A stretch of 32,000 nt of DNA from Promethearchaeum syntrophicum (GTDB taxonomy: Archaea > Asgardarchaeota > Lokiarchaeia > Sigyniarchaeales > Promethearchaeaceae): contig NZ_CP042905.2 in NCBI RefSeq assembly GCF_008000775.2, positions 3,750,001 to 3,782,000 on the forward strand. Reading direction: 5' to 3'. Numbering within the stretch: position 1 is the first letter of the stretch; every line of letters starts with the position of its first letter. The notes under the pieces were generated by a model. It was given only the letters and a program-made list of their open reading frames with translations, was not told the DNA's origin and did no database searches. Positions 1-8,945 of the stretch are shown piece after piece. The translations under genes and the position numbers were made by a program.

Positions 1-240
1 TCCTTCAGCATTTATAGCAGAAATTTGATAATAATAGATTTGACCATTAGTTAAACCTAGATCAGTATAAGTTAAAACATCTCCAACTGAAGTGAAAAAT
101 GATAAACTCCCAGAACTGGTTCCTCTATAAATATTATAGCCCGTAATAGCAGACCCACCATCACTTAAAGGTGCACCCCAAGTTAATTCTATCTGTGCAT
201 CTCCTGGAAATGTTTGAAGATTTTGAGGTGCACTCGGAAA
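1..240 (-). repeat. Partial eighth FN3-coding unit, truncated by the window edge
   Basis: Encodes FPSAPQNLQTFPGDAQIELTWGAPLSDGGSAITGYNIYRGTSSGSLSFFTSVGDVLTYTDLGLTNGQIYYYQISAINAEG, colinear with the units above. Confidence 0.9.
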
Positions 241-3200
241 GGGACTATCTGGAATCCAGCGAATATAGTCTATCCAGGCACAATCACTTCCACTAGATAC
301 ACTGCCATCTTTACTATAAGTCCATCGAATAGTATGTTCACCTTCAGATATATCTTGGGTAAATTCAGTAAAGGGAACTGTTCCTGATACAGATAAGCCA
401 CTTAAAACTCCATCAATATATAATCTTAAATAATCGTAATATTGCTCTGATGAAATTCCATACCAAAATTGAAGAGAGCCCGCTCCATTAACTGTTGTTT
501 CAATCCATGTACTTTGACTATCGACAATATCTCCACTTTCAACCGCATCTCCTCCATAATAAGTCGTCGTCGTTTGAGAAAACCAATCTGAGTCCCCTCC
601 AGTGCTGAAGGATAACTCGTAATTATCGACACCTTCATCTAACTGTTCATAAATAAGAGTAACACTCACTTCATCGCATAAGGGCCCTTCTCCTTCAGTA
701 TTATTAGCAGAAATTTGATAATAATAAATTTGTCCATTGGTTAAACCAGTATCAGTATAGGTCAAAACATTTCCAATTGAGGTGAATAATGATAAACTCC
801 CAGAACTGGTTCCTCTATAAATATTATAACCTGTAATAACAGACCCACCATCACTTAAAGGTGTACCCCAAGTTAATTCTACCTGTTCATCTCCTGGAAT
901 TGCTTGAAGATTTTGAGGTACGGTTGGAGCACCCAATGGAGTAGTACTCACTTCATCACATAATGGCCCTTCTCCTTCAGTATTATTAGCAGAAATTTGA
1001 TAATAATAAATTTGTCCATTGGTTAAACCAGTATCAGTATAGGTCAAAACATCTCCAATTGAAGTGAATAATGATAAACTCCCAGAACTGGTTCCTCTAT
1101 AAATATTATAGCCCGTAATAGCAGAGTCACCAACACTTAAAGGTGCATCCCAAGTTAATTCTACCTGTTCATCTCCTGGAATTGCTTGAAGATTTTGAGG
1201 GGCACTTGGAACACCCAATGGAGTAGCACTCACTTCATCACATAAGGGCCCTTCTCCTTCAGTATTATTAGCAGAAATTTGATAATAATAGATTTGTCCA
1301 TTGGTTAAACCAGTATCAGTATAGCTCAAAACATCTCCAATTGAAGTGAATAATGATAAACTCCCAGAACTGGTTCCTCTATAAATATTATAACCTGTAA
1401 TAACAGACCCACCATCACTTAAAGGTGCACCCCAAGTTAATTCTACCTGTTCATCTCCTGGAATTGCTTGAAGATTTTGAGGTACGGTTGGAGCACCCAA
1501 TGGAGTAGTACTCACTTCATCACATAATGGCCCTTCTCCTTCAGTATTTTTCGCAGAAATTTGATAATAATAAATTTGCCCATTGGTTAAACCAGTATCA
1601 GTATAGCTCAAAACATCTCCAATTGAAGTGAATAATGATAAACTCCCAGAACTGGTCCCTCTATAAATATTATAGCCCGTAATAGCAGAGTCACCAGCAC
1701 TTAAAGGTGCATCCCAAGTTAATTCTACCTGTTCATCTCCTGGAATTGCTTGAAGATTTTGAGGGGCACTTGGAACACCCAATGGAGTAGCACTCACTTC
1801 ATCACATAATGGCCCTTCTCCTTCAGTATTATTAGCAGAAATTTGATAATAATAAATTTGTCCATTGGTTAAACCAGTATCAGTATAGGTCAAAACATCT
1901 CCAATTGAGGTGAATAATGATAAACTCCCAGAACTGGTCCCTCTATAAATATTATAGCCCGTAATAGCAGAGTCACCAGCACTTAAAGGTGCATCCCAAG
2001 TTAATTCTACTTGTTCATCTCCTGGAATTGCTTGAAGATTTTGAGGGGCACTTGGGAGGGGACTATCTGGAATCCAGCTAATATAATCTATCCAGGCACA
2101 ATCACTTCCATCAGATACACTACCATCTTTACTATAAGTCCATCGAATAGTATGCAAACCTTCAGATATGGCTTGGGTAAATTCTGTAAAGGGAACTGTC
2201 CCTGAGATAGATAAGCCACTTAATACTCCATCTATATATAAATTTAAATAATCCCAACCGCTCTCAGATGAAACACTATACCAAAATTGAAGAGAACCTG
2301 CTCCATTAACTGCGGTTTCAATCCATGTACTTTGATCATCGTCAATATTTCCGCTTTCAACCGCATCTCCTCCATAATAAGTTGTCGTCGTTTGTGAGAA
2401 CCAATCTGCGTCCCCTCCAGTGGTGAAAGAGAGCGCATAATTATCGACTGCTTCACCCAACAGATCATAAATAGGAGTAGCACTCACTTCATTACATAAT
2501 GGTCCTTCTCCTTCAGTATTAATAGCAGAAATTTGATAATAATAGGTTTGTCCATTGGTCAGGCCAGTGTCTGTATAAATTAAAACATCTCCAACTGAAG
2601 TGAATAATGTTAAACTCCCAGAACTGGTTCCTCTATAAATATTATATGCCGTAATAGCAGACCCACCATCACTTAAAGGAGCTCCCCAAGTTAATTCTAC
2701 TTGTGCATCACCTGGAATTGTTTGAAGATTTTGAGGAGCACTTGGTAAATTACTCGGAGTAGCACTCACTTCATCACATAATGGCCCTTCTCCTTCATCA
2801 TTTATAGCAGAAATTTGATAATAATAGATCTGTTCATTCGTCAAACCAAGATCAGTATAGGTTAAAACATCTCCAACTGAAGTGAATATAGATAAACTCC
2901 CAGAACTTAAACCCCTATAGATGTTATATCCCGTAATAGCAGACCCACCATCACTTAAAGGAGCTCCCCAAGTTAATTCTACTTGTGCATCTCCTGGAAT
3001 TGCCTGAACATTTGATGGTTCAGTAATTGGAACTTCTCCAACAGTTAATTCAGCAAGTCCTTCACCAGAAATAGCTTTTACTACTAAATAATACCGCCCT
3101 GTTTCACTGGGAATAAACGTTACAGATTCATCTTGACCTATAGTACTGGAAATTCCAGAGTCATCTAAAACTGGATCTCCAGTTGTGGTTGGATCATCGT

Positions 3201-5364
3201 TGTAAATGTAAAGATCAAAATCTGCATCACCAGGAATATCTAACATTATAGCATAAGGAACACCACTAACCATATCCATATAACGTCCAAAACCATGTTT
3301 TTGAGAAGGGTTAATCAAACTGCTTGCAATTGAGACACTAACGGGGGTATCATAATCTAATTGCTGAGTATAAGCCTCTAATGCCATATCAATATTTATC
3401 CTTCCATATCCTTCATGAATATCTTTAGTTCCACGATTTAAGAGTGGTGAGGTACCAGAACTCTCTAATTCTCTAATTAGAGGGTATGTCTCGGTTGCAG
3501 TCATTAATATTAGAGATTTAACTTTTTTCGCTTGTTCTGCCGTATATACCCAATTATCACTGCCACCCATTGCTTCTATTAATAGATTGGCAGCTCCTGC
3601 CACTGCTGGACAAGACATTGAAGTACCTTGGGCACCCATAAGATCATTGGAGTAAGAATCAGTATAGATCCCGCTAACATCATTGTCATTGGTGTCTGTA
3701 GAAAACATTTGTAAAGCTAACACACTTCCTCCTGGAGCGGTGATATCAGGTTTTATGGTTGTGCCATAAAAAGAACTTCCTCCTTGACTACTATAATCGG
3801 TTGTTTCATCGTATACATTCATAGCAGCTACAGATATTACATTTTCAGCATTTCCTGGGCTCCCGACATTGTTTGCTCCTGAACCACTATTTCCTGCGGA
3901 ACAGACAACAACTATTCCCTCTTCCACGGCATTATTTACTGCATCAACCATCGTAGAGGTACTACCTCCACCCAAGCTCATCGATATCGCTGTAATATTG
4001 TAAATTTCTTTATTTGCAATAACCCAATTAACCCCATCAATAATATCTGTCGTAGGTCCACTTCCAAATCTATCAAGTGCTTTCACTCCAACTAGATGGG
4101 TATCATTTGCTACTCCACGCCAAGCATCTCCGGAACCCATTAAATCTTCAGCAAAATTCCAATGAGTTTCAAATCGACTCGCAAAATCCATATCGGTAGT
4201 ATAACCATCACTATTTCCATCTCGAAGTGAAAGGCCGATATTAATATTATATTCTCCAAGTTCATTGCTTGGAACATCATAAGTTAAAGTTGTTGTCCAT
4301 GAAGGCAAATCTACTGCATAACTGTCTTTTTCTATTCCTTGATAATAGAGGTATGCATATCCATAGACAAAGTCCGAACTAGATGTGTCATCATCAAATT
4401 GGCAATAAACATCAATTACTCCTGGTTGAGTAACATTGAACTTAATAAGTGGAATTTCAATATCTTGAACAGGTATGTCTAAGCCTGGAAGATCTAAGTT
4501 CAAACCATTAGTGGCAACCGTTCTCCCTAGTCCATCAAGAGTAGGAGTTCCCATTCCAGTTGAAATTCCTGAACAATGTGAGCCGTGACCATTATCATCA
4601 TAGGGAGCACTCTGAATATTAAGAGGTGTTTCATCTCGCCAGCCCACCACTTTTGAACTGTAATCACCATCTGTATAACCTGAATGCATTACATGAGATT
4701 CATCAATACCTGTATCTATAATCGCAAGCGCTGTTGTTTCATCTCCATCATACCCCAAGGTATTCCATACATATGGGCGAAGATTCATATTCTTACCAGT
4801 ATAATACAATTGTGAATTAACAATTACATCTTCCTCAATAAAGAAAAGCACATTCGATTGTAATAGCATTTCACGATATGCTTCGAATTGAGTTAAACTG
4901 ATACGACCTCCAAAAGCATTGAGAAAGGGTGAAAAATTACTTTTCACTACTCCCTCGTATTCTTCAAAGAAGTTTAATACTTCAATGAAATTTTTTTCAG
5001 TCGATCTGATAATCACATCAATATTTTCCTCTTTATTAATCAGATTTTGATTAGATCGAATTTCACCAAATATTTCTGAATATTTTAGTTTTTCCACAGA
5101 GATTAAATTAGTGTTATAGTTGGCTAAATTTTGTAATTTGGCATCTAAACCATCACTAATATAATTTCCATCAAGATCAATATTTTGATATTTTAATCTC
5201 CAATTATTTCCTTCATTTGAAGATTCTATATCAAATTTATTAAAAGATGGTTCAATAGCATGAGCTTCATTAGGAGTTACAGTACTTGCGAATATATTTC
5301 CACAAGCACTACAAAGAAGAAAACTCATAATGAAGAGGGCAATAAATTTCTTGTTATTTTTCAT
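1..5364 (-). CDS. Secreted multidomain subtilisin-like serine protease (peptidase S8) with propeptide, PPC-like domain, FN3-like repeats and two jelly-roll-like modules; C-terminus runs off the left window edge
   Basis: Not in the supplied ORF track because it is open at the window edge. My own minus-strand translation from ATG 5364-5362 is stop-free down to nt 1 (1788 codons). The frame was checked at both ends: MKNNKKFIALFIMSFLLCSACG... at the start and ...LGLTNGQIYYYQISAINAEG ending at nt 1. There is an N-terminal signal peptide and an I9-like propeptide (FLNAFGGRISLTQFEAY..FFIEEDVIV). S8 catalytic motifs are AIIDTGID (Asp codon 4716-4714), DDNGHGSHCSG (His 4587-4585), SAGNSG, and GTSMSCP (Ser 3621-3619). 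These are followed by a DADFDLYIY PPC-type beta domain and then repeats. Confidence 0.9.
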   Translation of the reverse strand, partial: MKNNKKFIALFIMSFLLCSACGNIFASTVTPNEAHAIEPSFNKFDIESSNEGNNWRLKYQNIDLDGNYISDGLDAKLQNLANYNTNLISVEKLKYSEIFGEIRSNQNLINKEENIDVIIRSTEKNFIEVLNFFEEYEGVVKSNFSPFLNAFGGRISLTQFEAYREMLLQSNVLFFIEEDVIVNSQLYYTGKNMNLRPYVWNTLGYDGDETTALAIIDTGIDESHVMHSGYTDGDYSSKVVGWRDETPLNIQSAPYDDNGHGSHCSGISTGMGTPTLDGLGRTVATNGLNLDLPGLDIPVQDIEIPLIKFNVTQPGVIDVYCQFDDDTSSSDFVYGYAYLYYQGIEKDSYAVDLPSWTTTLTYDVPSNELGEYNINIGLSLRDGNSDGYTTDMDFASRFETHWNFAEDLMGSGDAWRGVANDTHLVGVKALDRFGSGPTTDIIDGVNWVIANKEIYNITAISMSLGGGSTSTMVDAVNNAVEEGIVVVCSAGNSGSGANNVGSPGNAENVISVAAMNVYDETTDYSSQGGSSFYGTTIKPDITAPGGSVLALQMFSTDTNDNDVSGIYTDSYSNDLMGAQGTSMSCPAVAGAANLLIEAMGGSDNWVYTAEQAKKVKSLILMTATETYPLIRELESSGTSPLLNRGTKDIHEGYGRINIDMALEAYTQQLDYDTPVSVSIASSLINPSQKHGFGRYMDMVSGVPYAIMLDIPGDADFDLYIYNDDPTTTGDPVLDDSGISSTIGQDESVTFIPSETGRYYLVVKAISGEGLAELTVGEVPITEPSNVQAIPGDAQVELTWGAPLSDGGSAITGYNIYRGLSSGSLSIFTSVGDVLTYTDLGLTNEQIYYYQISAINDEGEGPLCDEVSATPSNLPSAPQNLQTIPGDAQVELTWGAPLSDGGSAITAYNIYRGTSSGSLTLFTSVGDVLIYTDTGLTNGQTYYYQISAINTEGEGPLCNEVSATPIYDLLGEAVDNYALSFTTGGDADWFSQTTTTYYGGDAVESGNIDDDQSTWIETAVNGAGSLQFWYSVSSESGWDYLNLYIDGVLSGLSISGTVPFTEFTQAISEGLHTIRWTYSKDGSVSDGSDCAWIDYISWIPDSPLPSAPQNLQAIPGDEQVELTWDAPLSAGDSAITGYNIYRGTSSGSLSLFTSIGDVLTYTDTGLTNGQIYYYQISANNTEGEGPLCDEVSATPLGVPSAPQNLQAIPGDEQVELTWDAPLSAGDSAITGYNIYRGTSSGSLSLFTSIGDVLSYTDTGLTNGQIYYYQISAKNTEGEGPLCDEVSTTPLGAPTVPQNLQAIPGDEQVELTWGAPLSDGGSVITGYNIYRGTSSGSLSLFTSIGDVLSYTDTGLTNGQIYYYQISANNTEGEGPLCDEVSATPLGVPSAPQNLQAIPGDEQVELTWDAPLSVGDSAITGYNIYRGTSSGSLSLFTSIGDVLTYTDTGLTNGQIYYYQISANNTEGEGPLCDEVSTTPLGAPTVPQNLQAIPGDEQVELTWGTPLSDGGSVITGYNIYRGTSSGSLSLFTSIGNVLTYTDTGLTNGQIYYYQISANNTEGEGPLCDEVSVTLIYEQLDEGVDNYELSFSTGGDSDWFSQTTTTYYGGDAVESGDIVDSQSTWIETTVNGAGSLQFWYGISSEQYYDYLRLYIDGVLSGLSVSGTVPFTEFTQDISEGEHTIRWTYSKDGSVSSGSDCAWIDYIRWIPDSPFPSAPQNLQTFPGDAQIELTWGAPLSDGGSAITGYNIYRGTSSGSLSFFTSVGDVLTYTDLGLTNGQIYYYQISAINAEG
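241..660 (-). repeat. Copy B of a ~420-bp coding module (beta-sandwich/jelly-roll-like domain)
   Basis: GGGACTATCTGGAATCCAGC at 241-260 recurs at 2059-2078, an offset of 1818 bp (606 codons), and similarity continues for ~420 bp. Encodes ..VDNYELSFSTGGDSDWFSQTTTTYYGGDAVESGDI..STWIETTVNGAGSLQFWYGISSE..YDYLRLYIDGVLSGLSVSGTVPFTEFTQDISEGEHTIRWTYSKDGSVSSGSDCAWIDYIRWIPDS. Confidence 0.85.
667..2055 (-). repeat. Five head-to-tail 282-bp (94-codon) coding tandem repeats, each one FN3-like module
   Basis: The unit marker CACTTCATC(A/G)CATAA recurs at 667, 949, 1231, 1513 and 1795, exactly 282 bp apart. Units are near-identical at the DNA level. They alternate between two subtypes (..WDAPLS(A/V)GDSAITGYN..TTPLGAPTVPQ versus ..WG(A/T)PLSDGGSVITGYN..), so 667-1230 resembles 1231-1794, a 564-bp higher-order period. 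Encoded consensus: PQNLQAIPGDEQVELTW..ITGYNIYRGTSSGSLSLFTSIGDVL.YTDTGLTNGQIYYYQISA.NTEGEGPLCDEVS. Confidence 0.95.
2059..2478 (-). repeat. Copy A of the ~420-bp coding module
   Basis: Paralogous to 241-660. Encodes ..VDNYALSFTTGGDADWFSQTTTTYYGGDAVESGNIDDDQSTWIETAVNGAGSLQFWYSVSSESGWDYLNLYIDGVLSGLSISGTVPFTEFTQAISEGLHTIRWTYSKDGSVSDGSDCAWIDYISWIPDS. The pattern (W..SSE..D.L.FYIDG...G.HT..W.Y.KD.S...G.D.AWID) resembles MAM/CUB-like jelly-roll modules of secreted proteins; that family assignment comes from memory only. Confidence 0.85.
2485..3018 (-). repeat. Two further, more diverged 282-bp FN3-coding units (N-terminal-most copies)
   Basis: The same unit marker occurs at 2485 and 2767 (282-bp spacing). 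The encoded sequence ..IPGDAQVELTWGAPLSDGGSAIT(G/A)YNIYRG.. shows more substitutions than the central array. Confidence 0.9.
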
Positions 5365-5698
5365 TTTAATTACACCAACCTAGGATGAATACACCTTTCA
5401 AATTTATGAGACAGAACATAGATATTTTGAGATATACTATCCTTATTGATTAAGTTTGATATCTAATGATTTTTCAATCACTAAAATTTCAAATCCCACA
5501 ATAAAAGTGTATATTCTTAAACAATATTTCTAGATTAAAAATTTTCACTATGTAATTCCATATGGTTACTTAACATAAGAAAAAAGATATGGAGTAAAAG
5601 AATCTCTACAGAATTTGAATAAAAGGTTTCCTGAGATGCATGATCACTCCTAATTTCTAAATTTTCTTTAGATTCAAATCATTCCATAGATTTTAATT

Positions 5699-6259
5699 TT
5701 ATACATTCAAAGCCATTTTTCTTCCTAATTTATAGATTTGAGATAATTTTTCAGGTATTTTTATAATAGGTATGTCTTCCTGCGTTTCTGGATTATAGGT
5801 TTGACATGGAAAAGTATGCAAATCTAAGTGGAAAAAAGGAGCAATTCTTTTGAAGAAATTTTCCGCAGATTCATAATGATGCCGATAAGTCATAATAACA
5901 ACTACAGTTTTACCCCCAAATCCTTCCCATGCCAGAGATTCCATTCGATCCATTGCAATTTTCATTTGTCCAGATAAATACCCCCAATACATTGGAGTTG
6001 CATAAATTACAATATCAGCATTTTTATATGATTTATAGATCTGTTGCATATCATCTTGGATTTTGCACAGGTGTTGAGCAGAATTCTCGCAATATAGACA
6101 CCCTTGACATGGAGTAATCTGCATCTCGTTTAAATAAAAATGATCTTCTTGAACGGTAATTTTTGATTTAAATCCTTCAAGATATTTCTTTACAAGTGTG
6201 TCAGAATTATGATTTTTCCTCGGACTTCCATGCAATATAACAATTCGAACCATTATCAT
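5699..6259 (-). CDS. Iron-sulfur flavoprotein (Isf-like), flavodoxin-fold NAD(P)H-dependent FMN reductase family
   Basis: 186-aa ORF. The N-terminal IVILHGSPRKN is a flavodoxin-like FMN-reductase signature. The compact Cys motif C-QG-C-LY-C-ENSAQHL-C (CX2CX2CX7C) matches the 4Fe-4S motif described for archaeal Isf proteins. Confidence 0.75.
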   Translation of the reverse strand: MIMVRIVILHGSPRKNHNSDTLVKKYLEGFKSKITVQEDHFYLNEMQITPCQGCLYCENSAQHLCKIQDDMQQIYKSYKNADIVIYATPMYWGYLSGQMKIAMDRMESLAWEGFGGKTVVVIMTYRHHYESAENFFKRIAPFFHLDLHTFPCQTYNPETQEDIPIIKIPEKLSQIYKLGRKMALNV

Positions 6260-6350
6260 TTCCTCAATATTGAATAATAAAAATGTAAATTAGAGATAAT
6301 TGATAAAATCATTGGAAAAATTATTAATTTCTTTTTCGTAATGTATCTCA

Positions 6351-7472
6351 ATGAAAATAAATCCATTCAAATTAGAACGTTTTTTTGCAAAATATGAGTT
6401 TAAAGCTCAATTTATGCTCGGGAGTTCGGATTGTGAGTCACTTTCGATTAAGGAGATCTTAGAATTAGAACCAGATAGTGAACAAAATTTTCTTAAAACT
6501 TATTTAGGATATACAGAAAGCGAAGGATTGCCATTATTAAGAGAAGAAATTGCAAAATTATATCAAAAAGTGGATTCTCCCCATATATTTTGTTTCGCAG
6601 GAGCTCAAGAAGCAATTTTTAATTTTATGAATACCCTTTTAAATCCGGGAGATCATATTATTGTTCAATTTCCTGCATATCAATCATTATACGAAGTCGC
6701 ATATGCAAATAATTGTGAGGTAACTAAATGGCCTATGATTGAGGATAATAATTGGGAATTAGATCTCGATTTTCTTGAAACAAATATTAAAACAAATACA
6801 AAAGCAATAATTGTTAACACCCCAAATAATCCAACAGGTGCACATTTTTCCCAAGAGCATTGGAAAAAATTAATTGAAATAGCGCGATCTCATAATCTGA
6901 TACTATTTTCAGATGAAGTTTACCGATTTTTAGAATTAGATCCAAATGATCATCTAACACCGGCTTGTGATTTATATGAAAATGCAATTTCGTTAGGAGT
7001 AATGTCTAAATCATTTGGTTTGGCAGGGTTACGAATTGGATGGATTGCAACTCAAAATGATGATTTGCTTAGGTATTTTAAAGAATTTAAGGATTTTACT
7101 ACTATTTGTAATAGTGCTCCGAGTGAAATTTTGGCATTAATTGCCTTAAGAAACAAGGAGAAGTTATTGAAACGAAATTTATCAATAGTAAGATCTAATT
7201 TACAACTATTAGATGAATTTTTCTTAAAAAACAAAAACATGTTTCAATGGATTCGACCTAAAGCAGGATCCATCGGGTTTGTTCGGTTAAAAAATAACGT
7301 GAACAGTGAGGATTTTTGTATTGATATTGTAGAACACACGGGTGTTTTACTTGTACCCAGTACCCTTTTTAATTTTGGACCATCACATTTTAGAATTGGT
7401 TTTGGAAGAAAAAATCTACCTGTCGTTCTAAAGCACTTTGAACAGTTCCTCGAAAAGAAAAAAGAAAAATAA
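6351..7472 (+). CDS. PLP-dependent aminotransferase, class I/II fold
   Basis: 373-aa ORF. NTPNNPTG and SKSFGLAGLRIGW (Schiff-base Lys in SKSF) are classic class I/II aminotransferase motifs. Substrate specificity cannot be inferred. Confidence 0.85.
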   Translation: MKINPFKLERFFAKYEFKAQFMLGSSDCESLSIKEILELEPDSEQNFLKTYLGYTESEGLPLLREEIAKLYQKVDSPHIFCFAGAQEAIFNFMNTLLNPGDHIIVQFPAYQSLYEVAYANNCEVTKWPMIEDNNWELDLDFLETNIKTNTKAIIVNTPNNPTGAHFSQEHWKKLIEIARSHNLILFSDEVYRFLELDPNDHLTPACDLYENAISLGVMSKSFGLAGLRIGWIATQNDDLLRYFKEFKDFTTICNSAPSEILALIALRNKEKLLKRNLSIVRSNLQLLDEFFLKNKNMFQWIRPKAGSIGFVRLKNNVNSEDFCIDIVEHTGVLLVPSTLFNFGPSHFRIGFGRKNLPVVLKHFEQFLEKKKEK

Positions 7473-7495
7473 ATTAAAAAAAGACTTTAAATCGA

Positions 7496-7849
7496 TTATT
7501 TTAGTTTGATTGGGATAGCATCGGCCATAGGGTCTCGAATTTTTCCTGAAACCAGTAATAATCCATTTTCATATTTCGTCTTCACTGAGTCAGTTTCGAC
7601 ATCCCATGGGAAATATTGAGTCAGTGAGTATAAAACTTCACCACGATGTGCTTTGAGATCATATAAGTTCGGTAAAATCCTAAGTTTGATCTCGGATTTT
7701 TGCACCCCAGGAAGATGTACTTCTAACTCCCATTCCATTTCTTCAGCATCAAAATTGAAATATCGTTTTGGTCGTATTTTATATCTTATTACAGGTTCCA
7801 TATTTTCACGAATAGTGTCATTTTTTTTCTCTACTATGCTTTCAGTCAT
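7496..7849 (-). CDS. hsp20: Small heat-shock protein, Hsp20/alpha-crystallin family (paralog 1)
   Basis: 117 aa. The alpha-crystallin-domain pattern is WELEVHLPGVQKSEIKLRI....AKYENGLLLVSGKI, with a C-terminal I-P-I (IXI-type) motif. A GGAGG SD-like box lies 7 nt upstream of the ATG. Confidence 0.85.
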   Translation of the reverse strand: MTESIVEKKNDTIRENMEPVIRYKIRPKRYFNFDAEEMEWELEVHLPGVQKSEIKLRILPNLYDLKAHRGEVLYSLTQYFPWDVETDSVKTKYENGLLLVSGKIRDPMADAIPIKLK

Positions 7850-7867
7850 TTTTTTTTCCTCCTAAGA

Positions 7868-8245
7868 TTATACTGTTATTTCTCGAGCTCCATCAAATGG
7901 ATCTTTAATATGGGCGGTAATTTTTAATAACCCATTTTCATATTTTGCGGTAGTCTTTTCTGGTACTACATTTTTTCCGAAACATTGATTTGCCCCATAT
8001 TCAATATGATTTCGATTTGCTTTTAAATGGAACCAGGTTGGTAATACTTTCAGCTCAATGTTTTGTTTCGATACTCCGGGTAAGCTAACTTCTACCTCAA
8101 TTTTTCGATTTTCATAGTCAAGTCTTGATGTCATATCAGGGAACACTCTATAGTAAATTTTATTCTCTTGATCTACTTCGCCATTCTCGTTATTCTTCAA
8201 ATTTTTTGATTCAGATTCTACGATTGCCATTATATTTTTCTCCAT
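7868..8245 (-). CDS. hsp20: Small heat-shock protein, Hsp20/alpha-crystallin family (paralog 2)
   Basis: 125-aa ORF with IEVEVSLPGVSKQNIELKV....AKYENGLLKITAHI. The likely true start is the second ATG at 8230 (MAIVESE). It is preceded by GGAGA at an 8-nt spacing and aligns with the MALAKTE start of paralog 3. Confidence 0.85.
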   Translation of the reverse strand: MEKNIMAIVESESKNLKNNENGEVDQENKIYYRVFPDMTSRLDYENRKIEVEVSLPGVSKQNIELKVLPTWFHLKANRNHIEYGANQCFGKNVVPEKTTAKYENGLLKITAHIKDPFDGAREITV

Positions 8246-8294
8246 TTTTTGTTTTCTATTTGTTTTATATGATTAAAATTAAAAAAAAATTGTT

Positions 8295-8636
8295 TTATTC
8301 AATTTTTACATTGAATGCGTGTTCAAGTGGTTTATAGCGTTTAAGTTCAACTTTCAATAATCCTTCGCTATATGTGGCTTTTGTTTCTTTGGGTTCAATT
8401 TCTACTCCCATATCTAAGTCTAAAGCATATAGAATATCATCACGCTTAGCTCGTAGTGTAAAATAGTCTGTTAACGTTTTCATCTCAATATTTTCCTTTT
8501 TTACACCTGGAAGTGCAGCTTGAATTGTGATTTTATCTTCATCACTCCAAACCCCATAACGTGGTTTAATCCGGTATTTATATTCAGGTTTTCTAGTTTC
8601 TTCAATTGGTTTACTTTCGGTTTTTGCTAATGCCAT
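8295..8636 (-). CDS. hsp20: Small heat-shock protein, Hsp20/alpha-crystallin family (paralog 3)
   Basis: 113 aa with ITIQAALPGVKKENIEMKT....ATYSEGLLKVELKR. GGTGA lies 7 nt upstream of the ATG. Confidence 0.85.
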   Translation of the reverse strand: MALAKTESKPIEETRKPEYKYRIKPRYGVWSDEDKITIQAALPGVKKENIEMKTLTDYFTLRAKRDDILYALDLDMGVEIEPKETKATYSEGLLKVELKRYKPLEHAFNVKIE

Positions 8637-8945
8637 AATATTTTCACCATTTTTTGTTTTCTAATTTGATTGACAACTTTTAGTTAACAATCATAATTAT
8701 ATTAAGTCTAAACACATATTTAAACCTATTGCTTATGAAGCAAAATTTGTTTTAAAAAGGAAATAGGATTATTGAAAGTTATTTTTTTCAAAAACTTTAA
8801 AGAATTATTTTTTCCAACATCATTATTTTTTTTTTTGTTATTATATCTTTTTTTTTAATTTTAGTTATTGGATTTTTCAAAACATACATTTCCCTTAATT
8901 TTTTATAAGGAAATCATATAAAACATTTAAACCCGTTATCAATAC

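Noticed and set aside
426-638. Track ORF (70 aa, minus strand) inside the protease repeat module
   Set aside because: It lies in a different frame from the 1788-codon stop-free protease frame, which carries clear S8/FN3 motifs. Its paralogous twin at 2244-2483 exists only because the underlying DNA module is duplicated. It is an alternative-frame artefact.
2244-2483. Track ORF (79 aa, minus strand) and the antisense ORF 2011-2205 (+)
   Set aside because: Same reasoning: these are out-of-frame or antisense shadows within the protease gene, with low-complexity products and no motifs.
1-3018. Regularly spaced near-identical repeats; I considered a CRISPR array or satellite
   Set aside because: The units are 282 bp, contiguous with no spacers, in phase with a long open frame, and encode FN3-like modules. 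They are coding tandem repeats, not CRISPR.
5929-6117. Track ORF antisense to the Isf-like gene. The same class includes 7052-7240, 7653-7865, 8125-8337, 9000-9248, 9221-9415, 11275-11511, 13171-13398, 13731-13913, 19481-19678, 25122-25493, 29023-29226, 29689-29889 and 31643-31885
   Set aside because: All are short (60-123 aa) and fully overlap, on the opposite strand, genes with strong family motifs. Their products are low-complexity with no motifs. They are shadow ORFs.
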